Assembly: GCA_963693365.1 (NCBI GenBank) | Contig: CAVNZM010000002.1 | Coordinates: forward strand, 2,682,259 to 2,746,258 | Length of the DNA stretch: 64,000 nt | From: Amoebidium appalachense | Taxonomy: Eukaryota > Protista > Ichthyosporea | Direction: 5' to 3' | Part shown: positions 1 through 31,509 of the stretch, piece by piece | Numbering within the stretch: position 1 is the first letter of the stretch | Layout of the letters: every line of letters starts with the position of its first letter | Notes under the pieces: generated by a model | Database searches by the model: none | What the model saw: only the letters and a program-made list of their open reading frames with translations | Told to the model about the DNA's origin: nothing | Position numbers and translations under genes: made by a program

Positions 1-520
1 CCGAGTTTCGACCTATTCCCCTCGTTAACGAAACCCAACTCAGATACTGTTTCACTTGAACATGAGTAGGTCACCCGTCTTGATCAGAGACGAGCAGGGT
101 TGCTTATGCAGGCAAGGGCAGTGGGAAAGGCCGGGGGTTAAAGTTGCAGCAGTAAGCAGAAGCAAGAAAAATATAGATAGGAACTCAGGAGACGGGGCTT
201 CTAGGAAGCTCCCCCGTCGATACCTAAGTCGATACTTCCCTGGCTAACATACTACACCAGCTGAAAAGAATTAAGTCCCGAAGGCCACAGAATTCGTAAT
301 CAGAGGGGAAAATATGAGATTTGACCCACGCCGCAGGGTAGTAACACGCTTACTAGGGCGGAACTTTATCGTCTTCGAACGGAAAGCTATGCCCCCGGAT
401 GTCAGCCGGAAATATGGTATCACCCATTGCTTTGGGGGAGAAGGAAGGAAAGAACAGATTATCAGGACAAGTAGAAACTATTCTAGCAGGGCCTCAGGCA
501 GCAGGGCTGGGCTGGGCGCA
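1..520 (-). mobile_element. Dispersed non-coding element, longest copy (cut by window edge)
   Basis: 1-125 is near-identical to 2142-2266. 118-176 resembles 38544-38610 and 38694-38740. Lies in an intron of the RRM gene. Extent beyond about 180 is inferred, not supported by a second copy. Confidence 0.65.
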
Positions 521-960
521 GGAGGGGGGGGGGGGGGGGGGGGGGGGGGGAGGGGTTATGTCATCATGGCCGAGTTACGCCGTTCAAGCAGGGACTAACA
601 GGGGAGTTGGGAATGTGGGGTGGGTTCCCTTTTGGGGAGAAAAGAGGGGCCGGGGGAAGGGGGGGGGGGGGGGGGGGGGTGGCGGAGGGGAAGGGGAGAG
701 TGGGGAGAGTCCGAAAGAGGGGCACACACTCATTCACTCGACTGCCATCACCCCCCCTCCCCTCCCCCCCCCCCCCCCCCCCCCCCCGTCCCTCCCCCCT
801 CCACACCCCCCCCCCCATCCCCACACATACACACCACACACAAAAAACGTAGACCCACCCACCCACACATACACGCACCACCCCACCCACCCACCCTGCC
901 ACCCACCCACCCATTCTCCCCCCGGCCCACCCCCACCCACCCACCCACCCACCCACCCAC

Positions 961-4645
<3,685 letters not shown>

Positions 4646-5284
4646 TTTCCTTCGTTAATCGTGACCCTACGATGTTCCTTGTAGGAACTTAGATCTACGA
4701 ACACAGGATCGCAGCTAGAAAGGCTGCGCAACAGAAGACCCTTGTTGTTGGTGCAAAAGAAATTGTACCTTTTGTTTTACACTTGTTTAACAGGAAGATG
4801 TGTCTAGTCTCGCTGTCGCTTATTCTAGAACAAGTTTGAAACGACTAAGTGGTACAGACACAGGTTACAAGCGGTTCAGTGGAACACGTGAACCCGTCTA
4901 GACTTTGAGCGAAGCGTCGCACAGACTTATGCGTCACTGTGGTTCCCACTCGTGCTTTTTTTTCCCTAGTGCGAACTAAACTTCCCTGGAGGGCCTGCAC
5001 CTTCGTTAGCTCACCAAAACCCTAACTTGAACTCTTAGTATACCTTCTTTACGTGACAAGGGCCCGGGGTAAAACAGAACAAAACTTTAGTCCGTCCGTC
5101 CCCTCGTGTAACACAAAGCAAGTCGGCCGTGAGCCCGTGACGCATGATCGGGAATAGTAAGTAGCATTTATCAGGATTCGCGCGTTTTGATTGGTTAATC
5201 TACGGAGTCGAGGTGGCTTCGGCGATCCGATTGGTTGTCGAAGGCAGAAAACCAATGCTCTATTTCTTGACGAGACGAATCCAG

Positions 5285-5319
<35 letters not shown>

Positions 5320-6286
5320 CTCTCTTTCTTCTCGCTCCCTCTCTCCCTTGACGAAGCATTCACACTTCACAGCAACCCAAATACTGTGTGAGATGCAACG
5401 TCCAGAGACCAATGTGCACATGGGGTCCTGCGATTTGCATGGTGTGCTCACTAGGAGTGCAAGATTCAAAATCTGCAGCTGTGCACAATTTTACGCATGC
5501 ACACGTGCAATTGGGAGATTTATTCAAAGACGGATATACCTAGAAAAAATACGGACTGACTTCGCAAAAGCCTGACGTGCTCCAGGCTTGGTACCGAAAA
5601 ACAGAGCATCGGTATCTTCGCTGTGCGGAGATTCATAGATCGCAAGAAGATACCAACTGTATAAAACAAACAATTCATATGGAATCTTTTAGTACGGCCC
5701 AAGGCATCCTAAAAAGCCTGTACACACATAGGTGACGGAGAAGCGTATTGAAATGTGGCTCAATAACGCGAATAACGGGGTAGAATATGGAATAAAAATA
5801 ATATAAAATACGCCTGGGCAAATATAGCAAAACATCGCGCTTTTAAGGTCTGTCAATTCACATTGTCGGAATAAATTCCACCCAATAACAGCGTGTGTGT
5901 GGATCTACAGCCTGGACTCATCAAAATCCCAGCAAGTGTATTGAATGAAACGTGGGCTCAGGTTGTCCCATATTCCCACCCCCAACCAAAGACAAGCACA
6001 CTCACACCTATCATCAAAATGATAAGTGATATAGTTAAAAAAGGTACGAGGTCGATAATACTATATATAAGTAAAATAAGCTAAACATATATACAGGCCA
6101 ATGTATTAAGAAACCCATAACCAACAGCCAGAGATAACGATTAAACATACAGAATTATTTATACACCCTGTTACACCGGTGAGCTCCCCATATTCGTATT
6201 CGAGCTCTCACTCCTCACCTGGGCCGTTCGAACGACGAGTGGAGACGGTAGAGGCGATGATCTTGGGGGAACCACAGGGCTTGAAA

Positions 6287-21222
<14,936 letters not shown>

Positions 21223-21416
21223 CTGCGTGGTTCCAACAACAAGGTTAGGGTGGGTACACTGAACATTATTCTTGTCCGGGGAGACAGGGTGTTGGATTAA
21301 TGGTTGACTGTACGAGTTTGAAAGCGCCCCCGGGTAAGGGTGAAGGGAGAGCGTGCGTGCGTGTGTGTGTGTGCGTGGCGGGGAGGGGGGGAAAAGGGGG
21401 CAGGGGGGGGGGGGGG

Positions 21417-21519
21417 TTGAATGCGTCAAAAAGTACGAAGTACACAAGAACAAACGGATAACACGATGCAGAATGCAAGCCATACATAAAGAGTATGCAT
21501 AATAAGCGAAGCCCATCCT
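21417..21519 (-). mobile_element. Young copy of the element terminus, joined to a different upstream body
   Basis: About 100 bp near-identical to 2011-2112, with the same GGGCAG-G(n) flank; sequence diverges completely after CCCATCCT. Confidence 0.8.
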
Positions 21520-21638
21520 GGGGGAATGACATGAGGTGCTCATGGGTACACAGAACACAAGGGGGAGCACCTTGAAAGACAGGGTGGCAAGCAAAAACAA
21601 ATACACAGAGACTTGGCAACGCCTGCGCGCGAATCGTA

Positions 21639-21698
<60 letters not shown>

Positions 21699-22249
21699 AG
21701 GTAGGGTCAACATAAGTGATTCATTGAACACGCTTAGAAAATACACAGGATGAGCCTGCAAAGGCCGCCAGGGGATAAGGGTAGTGGAGGCACAAACCAG
21801 CAACGCCAACGCCCACTATCAATGGTACCTTGTCCTCGCCATGAGAACAAGACTGGGTCGAAAGTGGGACTTTCCGTTGTAAGTTGCTACCACAGACCGA
21901 GGGGTGCTAATTAAGGGCTAGGCATCAGCTTTTCTAACGGGGGAAATGAGGGGCTGAGAAGGGGGGGGGGGGGGGAGTAGCCGTTGTAGGCATGCCCAGC
22001 CCTTTCCCAACCTACCTCACCCCTTTTCGTTCCCCATATCTTGCACCCAATCTGCAGACGTCTTAAGGTGGTACGGATGAAGCAAAGAGATGGGAGGGGA
22101 TGAGGCCCCGGGCGGAAGTGTGTGTGTGTGGGGGGAGGGGGGGAAAGGGAAGGGAGGAGTCGTAAATAAAGTGGGGAGGGGGGAGGAGAGGGGGGATGAG
22201 GGGGGGAGAGAAAGGGAAGGGGGGATCAGGGAGAGGCAGAAAAAAGGGG

Positions 22250-22280
<31 letters not shown>

Positions 22281-24255
22281 TGGCCAACCGGTTATAGCAG
22301 ATGACAGTTGAAGGCCGATCACAATCGCCTGCTAGATCTCACACCTGTCCGCTTTCAAAACAAAAAACAAATTCCACTACACATCCGAGCTCAAGCTGGG
22401 TTGGCACCACTACCATTAATGCGCTGTATTGTCATCGAATCCAACGTTTCAGCATCCAAAGAAAAGTGGCGCTCGCAACACAATGCACACTTGTCCTGGA
22501 CCTACAGAAATCGAGCCCTTCTCGCGTGTCTATGCTGTGTTTCTAAAGCCTGTTTGTGTCAGCCGTGACGGGATTATAAGGGTATATTGTAAAAGCATGA
22601 GGTTCCTAGTCCGAATTCTGTATTTAAATTAAGAATGAAGCGTGGTGTTCACAATCCACCTCATAAGGCTGGTACAGAAGATATTCAATTGTCAAGTAAA
22701 AGTCTTCTAACATATCAAATGAATGTTTCTACACCTTGGCAATTAGTAGTGACTCCTTACCAGCTCTCTCCTTACCCACAACTCGAAGACTAGAATCCTT
22801 GAACACCAAGTACATACAATACACAGTTCAGCTGACAGATCTATGGGGACCTTGATGACGCTAAATTCCAGGGGGAGATGAGCCGCAATCGAGGTTTGTA
22901 AGATTATTACAGATCTGGCATGAAGTTGAACAATAACTTGAGTTTGTAGATAATGCAAATTCGAATGTTGAAAAATTGGCAACTCATCAACAAAGTATGG
23001 GGAGAAATTGATAGATGACGGAAACATCAGAGTTCATCCAAAAGATGTCGACTGATAATATAAACTTCCCACCAATCATATAGCGATAGAGTTTTGCTAA
23101 TCAGTACTTATATTTTAAACTAATTTGTAATTGAAAAATGCTGCGACTTTAAAGTCAAGGAATCTGATTGGTGCATTGTTCTAAGGGCACAATGTTCAAA
23201 CGCTTGTCTCTGGCCGTTGTGAGCACACACGTTCACGGACAAACAACGGAGAAACTCATGAATGTTCATAGTCGATACACCGATGCTCCGGGAAGTACAC
23301 GTCACGATTATTAGAGTGAATAGTAGAGTAATATTGTGACTATTTATTTGATAGAGGAAAATCTGATCCCTCACCTCATTTCTCCATGAAAAACGGACTG
23401 GTTTTGACAATTATCTTTGCTGTCTCTGGTGGAAGGGAGCAAGCATCGTCTGGGTACATAGCAGCAATACAAGGAGAAATAAATATAATTGTTATGGCTG
23501 CCTAGATTTTGATACAAGTATATGAACCCCACACGCAACTACGGGCAAAAACATCGGCACCGTGACGGGCACGCACCCAAGCAAGCATTTTAGTATTAAT
23601 CTTGACGTGTTCGCTCAACTGTGCATTGCTTAATAGGTGTTTCTGCCAAAGAAACGGGCGGTAAAACCTAACATAGACTGGCATGTGAATGCACCTTCGT
23701 CTGAAAGGCTCAAGGTAAGTGTATTGGCCGGACTTTTCGCAAAGGTTGATTTCTCGCTCAGCCTGTTTTTCCGTTCACGTCCTTACAGTTAGCAGCAAAG
23801 ATGTTTGTGCATGACGCGGACCTAAATAGGAGCGTTCTAACACTTCCGCACCTTCTGATGTTTTGGTGTATACCAGCTGCTTAGGGTGAACAGAGAAAGT
23901 TGTTTTGGCAACATACACCACTTGGTGCTTGCGCATATTATGTGTGCACGCTAAGGGTGGTTTAAGTTTCTTGCACACTTTCAAGTTTTCCCCACTTTAC
24001 ATCTGCTTCCATTGCTCTAAAAGAAAAGCTTCTATTGCTTTATGAAAGAAGTTATCTGCCAAACATATTTGGCTTTTGTTTTACGCTAACGTTGTGGAGT
24101 AATCTAATCGGCAAGCTGTGATCTCCAAAAAAGGGGTTACCTCTCCGTTATGTTTAGTTTTCTCGCTGAACTCACTCTTCTTTCTGAGCCTGTTTTTGTT
24201 GTGCTGCAGGGCCGACCGCTACACTTCAGATTGCTGCAGTGCAAGTGGAACAAGA

Positions 24256-25680
24256 ATGGTAGGTTTCTGTGCTGGAATGTGTTATTGGTGTGGGATTTTA
24301 TATGCTAGGATGTATTAGTGTAAATTTTTTTTATGCTGGGATGTGTTATTGGTGGCGTAGGGTTTTATGCTGGGATGTGTACATGGTGTCCAAGTGAGCA
24401 CAAGTGTCTCGTCAAAAGGTCTCTGTGTGCGCATGTCTGCCACGGTTTGTGTGCGCAGCATTTGCATACAGGTGTGTCCCGGGTGGTCTGTAGGGAATCA
24501 GTGAAATGTGGCCCCTAATCCCCTATTGACCTCTTATGTACCTGGTGCTGCCCACAACTCTGCAGATGCTGTGCTGTGCACAGATGGTGTGGTTCTTTTA
24601 TTGTCATTCTTCTGGTGCTGTGTTATCTTATTGGTGTAGGTGCACCAAGTCACGTTTTTACATCTTGCGCAAGATGGTGTTGCAACATGCACGTAGCAGC
24701 GATCTCCTGTGTTGCAACATGCACGTAGCAGCGTTGTCTTGTACTTAGCTAAGACACGTTGTCCATTTCGATTTGGATGTGCATCTGACACTCGTGTTGC
24801 AGAGCGTCCCAAGTGCAGTTATGGAGGCAGACACCTCTCCCCCTCCTCTGAAGGTCACATTCTGCAACCGCATCTCACCAGCTGCATATAGCTCGGTACT
24901 CCCCCCCCCCCCCCCCCCCCCCCCCCTTTCACCCCACAGGCACGCACAAACATACATATTATTACGCATTACACATGCCTGTGACTACGCTAAATTTTTG
25001 CTCCCGCCCGCTTCTCTGGAGTCGGTCACGTCCTCCAGCGCTCCCCTTCCCTTCCAAAAGCACACACCCACTTGATCCTTGCCGGTTCCTCTTAAAGCTG
25101 TGACTGGAGAGGTTTTCCCACCCGCAGAAGTCCCATGAACAGGATGCACACTCCCCTTCTCCTCTCCCCCCTCCTGGTAGTAAGAGCTCCCCCCCCCTCC
25201 TGGTAGTAAGAGCCCCTATTTTTCTGCTGTCGTGAAAACTCACTCCTTTCTTTCTACCTCTTTCTACCTTCCTCCCGGTCGACCATCCCCCACACCAGCT
25301 TCCCTCCATGTTTCCTTTCGATACACACGTGCATACATACACATACACATGCAAGTATGCACAACCACACGTGTATACACACACACACACGTTTGTGCAC
25401 ACGCACGCACGCACACACGCACACACACTACAAACGGGGTGCATTCAGGAAGGGCAGCGGCACACACAGGCTGCACTGATGCAACTGATAAGAGACCTCG
25501 AGGCAGACCCCACCCAGTATTATGCCGCACAGAGGAAGAGAATTGAGGTATGTAGCACACACAAACACACCTTGCAAGCCACCAGCAATAGACAGTATAC
25601 TCGTATGTTCATACCAGGCCCATATGCAACTGCGAACAAATCGGCATGATGGACTATTAATCCATTGTGCCCCCCACCTC

Positions 25681-25711
<31 letters not shown>

Positions 25712-27471
25712 GGGGCTCAAGCATTGGAAATCTGTTGTCGAATCTAGCCTCTCAAGGGGTCTTTTTCAGACTTTTATCGTGTTGGCGTGTCATTGTGCAA
25801 GAAGTTCTGATTGGCTCACGTGGTTGACTTTTTTCCATCCCACCAGAGATGTGTTATGATCGGATAAATGTGCTAAAAACGACTGGATCTTGTCCAAATA
25901 TTAGTCCTGGGTTCATCTGCTTGTTGCCAAGCATTTGCATGCTTGTTTGCTCATGCACGTGTGTGGGTTTTTGGGCACTTGTTTGTGCTTATGCTTGAGC
26001 ATGGGTATATCCTCCGTCCCTTCCTGCCCCCTCCCCTTTTTTTTGCCCCTCCTTCCTTCATCACTCACTCACCCTCGTATCCCCCACAACCCTTTGTCTC
26101 TCTGTGTGTGTGTGTTTAAGATTGTTTATTCTATACACGTGCAGAAGCATGAACCCATGTGCATGTGGGTGTTGCTCACGTGTGTGCTTGTGCTAGCGCT
26201 TGTGTGTATGCACACGTGCTTTTCGGCCCGGTACCAATCCACTCACACACAACACACGCACACACACACTTCTCGCTCGCCCTCTCGCTCTCTTTCCCTC
26301 TCTCCCTCTCTTTCTCTTTCTCTTTCTGGTTCTCCTTCTCCCCCGGCCCTTCCTGAGGATGGGCTCTGCTTATGACGCAAATGGTGCGCATTGCTGATGT
26401 TGCATACTTGAATGTTTGCCTTTGCATGTGTCCTGCACCCTGCTTCTCATCGTGTATGTGTACTTCGTACTATGTTCCGCATTCACCCCCCTCCCCCCTC
26501 TCCCCCCCTCCCTTCTAACCCGTCACCCCATTGACCAGGAGTCGCAAGGGAAAGTTGTTGGACTTGTGCGAAACTTTGTGCGGTGGATGGACGGTAGTGA
26601 TGACCCGTGTGAGGCTGAAATCAACGACCGGCTGTCTGAGCTGAAAAAGGAGATGCTGGCATGTTTTAACGCTGCTCGTAAGTGTGCATGGTCAGGGAGG
26701 GGGCTGATTTTTTTATTTTTTTTATTTTTTTATTTTTATTTTTATTTTATTTTTTTTTGGGGGGGGGGGGGGGTGAGGGAAAAGGAAAATTGGAGAAATG
26801 CAAAGGCGGGAAGTGGGGGGGGGGGGGGGGGGGGGGGGGACTGAATGAGTGGTGGTGGGGAGGGGGGAGGGTATGTATGTTGTGAGTCTCTTCTGGCCTT
26901 GTCTTGCGCTGTTTTCGCGGGTCGGATATGGGCGTGAATTTGTGTAAATATTTACTGTGCAGTCACGAATGTTCCCATGGCATCTCGATGTTGTAAAGAC
27001 AAACCATCCAATTAGCTGCCAGTGTTCCTGCTCATGATTGAATACAGCTATGTCGTTTTTACCCGCAATGATATCGTGGCAGCCAATAGGAATGACCAGT
27101 GCAGTCACGAGTTTTCCCATGATTTCGGTCGATGTTGGTTGGTTCCTACGACATTAACGGTGCGTGAATGTGTGAGTGGGTGCACGTGCAATAGCAGGGG
27201 GACGTGTGTGTGTGTGTGTGTGTGTGGTGGGGGGGAAGGAGGAGGGGGGGGGGGGGGGGGGGGGGGCACAATTAGGTGGGAAAGATACTAAGGGTTGGGT
27301 GGTTGCAGAGGAGAGACCATCAGAGGAGGAGCCAGAGGTGTGTATCGACTCAAACAAGGTACTTACTTGCTCTCGTAGTCTGTACCCAACACATATTGAA
27401 ACACAAACTCACAGAAAAATAGATTCAGACCAATGCCTTCGCTCTCTCTCTCTCCACCCCCCCCCCCCCCC

Positions 27472-27530
<59 letters not shown>

Positions 27531-28288
27531 TCAGGGCTGGCAGGAAAGCAAAATGATGGATGGGATGTGGGTCCGTACGGCCGTTTTGTGTTTATGTATG
27601 TACTCGGGGTTGGGGGGGGGGGGGGGGGGGGGGGAGGGGATAGGTCCACATTCTGATTGTTGGGTAGCATTGCAGGTACATGTTCTCAAACCCCTCCCTC
27701 CCCCCTCCCCTTCTCCCCAAAAACACACACACAAACACACACACACACACACACATCATCCACAATCCCATCGATCTACTAACCTAACTCCACCAGATCC
27801 AAACCCACTCTCAGGAACCCCTCGCTGCACAACGGCCCATGGCACACGCAAAAAGAAGGAATAAGCAACCGCCAAACCCACTTCCGTCCATATCAGAGCA
27901 CCCAAACAGAACACAGGAAAATGGAAAAGAACCGGTTCAGGATTCGAAGGAAAAGAAAACAAAAGTGGTACCTAAACCGATTCATGTTGTTTCAAGGAAT
28001 GTTTTGGTTTCTGCACCTGCAAAACCGGTTTCCGTTCCACTTAAGTTCAATGTTCTTCCTCCAAAGATTGATGGGAAGAGTGTGGAGGTTGGGGTGTCCC
28101 CACCTATTCCTAGTCAGGTTAAGGATGAGAAGGTGCGTCGTGTGTGCAGATGCACACACACACTCTGTGTGTGTGAATCGCTCTCCCTCGCTCTCTTTTT
28201 CTCTTTCCCTTTCCCCCACCCCCCGACCCCTCCCCGGGCCCCCTTCGCTGTCTTCCTCTCCCCATTTTGTCTCTCCTTCTCTCTCTCG

Positions 28289-28354
<66 letters not shown>

Positions 28355-29407
28355 ACACGCACGCACGCACGCGTATGTCTGTCTGTCCGTCTGTCTTTGT
28401 CTGTCTTCCCCCATCCTTCCCCCTCCCCCCCCCCCCCCCCCCCCCCCTCTTGGCGCAGGGCACACACACGCACACACACAGAGAGAGAGAGAGAAGGAGG
28501 GAGAGAGAGAGCAGAAAGAACACCGGCACACATGCACACACACCAAGTATCATCAACCACCACTGTTCATCTTTGATTCGCACTTTGTGTTTTTATCAAA
28601 CACGTCTCTCTACACATACTGTACGGTAATGATTTTCTTTAGTTGTTTGTTTTCTTTTTCTTGTCTCTCTCCCCGCCCCCCGGCTGTTTGCTTGCTTCCG
28701 TATTTGTGTAGTTTTTTTTTTTCTTTTTTGTTAAATCACGTGGCCTACGATTGACACATTGCAGTGTATCCCTGTTCTATACCTTCTTGTCAGCATCATC
28801 ATGATCATCGATTCAGACATGTTTGGGTGGTTTGTGTGTGTGTTTTTTTCTTGTGAATGCATGTTTATGTTTTTCCTTGGTGAACACAATCTCCTCTCAG
28901 GGGAGGGTGTAGGGAGAGGAAAGGGAAGAAGGGGGGGGGGGGGGGGGGGGAATCTATTTTAAGAAAGTTGCTATCGCTGCAGGCTGCACCTCTCCCCGTA
29001 CCTGATGGAGCAAGAAAGGCACTGCTCGGAAGTATCAGGGTAAGTGTGTGTGTGTGTGCTTGCGTAGCTGAACCCGCCCCCTCCCCCTCCCCCCCTCCCC
29101 CCCCCCCCTTTTTCCAAAAAAGAAAAAAAAAAGAAAAGAACGAAGAAAAAAAAGAGAAAAAGAAGAAGCGAAGGGAGGGGGGGGGGGGGGGGGGGGGGGG
29201 GAGTGGAAAGAAAAAGGGAAAAGAAAAGATTGCATGGATTTGGGGGGAGAAGGAGGAGGAGGGGGGGGGGGGGGGGGGGGGACGAAAAAAAAACAATTCC
29301 TAATATTCCCGAAACCAAGACAAAAACTAAATCCCTGGTAATTTTCTGCAGGGGCATAGTGGACCTCAAGGGTTGAAGCCAGTGGCTAATGCACCACCCA
29401 AAAGGTA

Positions 29408-29444
<37 letters not shown>

Positions 29445-29765
29445 ACACACACACATACACACACACACACACACAGACAGACAGGCAGGCAGACACGTGT
29501 TGCAAGCACAAACACTATGATATTCTTCACCCCTTGTCCCCACCCTCCACCCACGCACCCATCCAAGACCCACCCCTTCCTCTCGCCTAACCCACCTTCC
29601 CCCTCTCTGCAGTCCAGCCCCACTCCCCATCTCCACCGTGCCTATGGAGCCACCAGCACCGCCTGCCCCCAAATCCCAGCCTCAAGGCCTATTTGCAGCA
29701 CTGCATAGGAGACTCTCTTTCTGGGCCGGTGTTGGTATGTAGTCCCCTCCCTCGTCCCTCCATCC

Positions 29766-29808
<43 letters not shown>

Positions 29809-30479
29809 CCCCCTTGCTTCCCTCCCTCCCCAACGGACATAATGACTTCCCGCAAGCCTTTCTATTCGTCATTTCTTTGAATAACTTAGCTTGTGGTGTG
29901 TGGTTGATGATAATGCCACGGGTAATTGAGCGTGGGTGTCTTGTGCAAACCCGTATGGATATGGTGCCGGTCGTCGTAGATTGACCCCTCTAGATCCAGG
30001 AGGCTGTGGTCGCGCTACGGGCATGATAGTTGCAGCTTTGGATAGCTCTCGGCACGGGGATGACGGGGATATAAGCTTTTTCCCGCTATCTTCCATGTTA
30101 AGGGGGTGATGACGTCATCAGCGTCCAATCGGTCCCAAATGACGTCATTATTGCGTCACTGTTACCGGCAACTGCCATATATGGTAGTTCCGCGAAAATT
30201 CGATAGCTTTACTTTTTCAGGCCGTGCTGCTGCACATTGCAAAGGGTGTCAATAGACCTGTGTATGAGAAGAAAAACGACGTGGAAAAGGCAGTTTTAGG
30301 TCTTTTATTGAGCCCTACCCTCAAAGCGTCAAAAAACGTATAGAAAACCCCAGCACCGCGAGATAGCGGGGAGCTATTAGGCCGGCAAAATTCCTAAGAT
30401 CTATCGGATCTGAGGGGTCAATCTACGATGACCGGCACCATATGTGTGTTCGTGCGGAAAAAGGTAGGGGTGTGTGTGT

Positions 30480-30511
<32 letters not shown>

Positions 30512-31465
30512 GTAAGTTATTAAAGTGACCCGACAGCTATGTACATTTCACAAACAGTCCTCTTTGAACAGTCACACATTATGCAAGTGTCCCCTTGGAG
30601 GGATATGCCCAGTCTACCCAGAAAAAGACACGAGCACTATGGGAAAGGGGGGGACAGGGGAGTGGGGAGGAGGGGGGGGGGGGGGGGGGGATCAAAGGAA
30701 ATTAGGGAGAAGAATTTTGCAGGGGGGGGGAGGGGGGTTTTCAAGTGAAGGACCTCCACTGAGTGATATCATTGACTTTAGACACACCTCTCACATGCTC
30801 ATTCTCTATGTGTGTTCCAGGCACCAAGGACAATACTCCCACACACCCCAGTCCACCTGACCCCAAACCCCACCTGTATCTGGACAAGTACGGCGAAGAA
30901 GCCCCACGAAATTCCGCTCCCACCCACACTGCGTCGTCACAGGCCGCCAAAACGGAAAACCCGTTAAACCCAAAGGAAATCCCCGTTATTATTCCTCCTC
31001 CACCGCCTCCTCCCCCACCACCACCACCACTACCACCTATTCCCAAAGAGAAAAATGTGAAAAGGAACGGGGGCACCAAGGGAGAGGAGAACGGTACGAA
31101 CGCCGGGTCGGCGGGTGGGAAAGGATCGGCGCGGAAAACGAAAGGAAAGGTGGGTTGGCATTTGGTTTGAGGAAGGCTGGAAGCAAATGTGGGTGGTGGT
31201 ATTGTTTGTTTGTGTTTGACTGTACCCATTCTGTGTTGTGGGTGGTTTGTGGGTGTACAGGGATTGGGTGATGTTGTGATATGGTTGAAAGGGAATCAGT
31301 TGGTTGTTTGAATTTTGTTAAATGAACCGTTTCTGGGCGTGAGGAGGAGGGAGCCCGCAGGGGGCAGGGGGGGGGGGGAGGAGGGTGAACTACATACTGA
31401 TATTCTAGCCTTGCAGTCTGCAGAACCACAAAGCCGCAGCAACCTCCTACAGGAAATACAGGTGG

Positions 31466-31509
<44 letters not shown>

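Noticed and set aside
1-100. Hammerhead ribozyme in the dispersed element (CTGATCA...GAAAC; CTGAGGA)
   Set aside because: The core is CUGAUCA rather than CUGANGA, and I could not build stems I-III around either candidate core.
22390-22501. Short - strand exon-like frame VQDKCALCCERHF...NPA*
   Set aside because: No upstream exon or homology could be linked; it may be Cbl 5' UTR.
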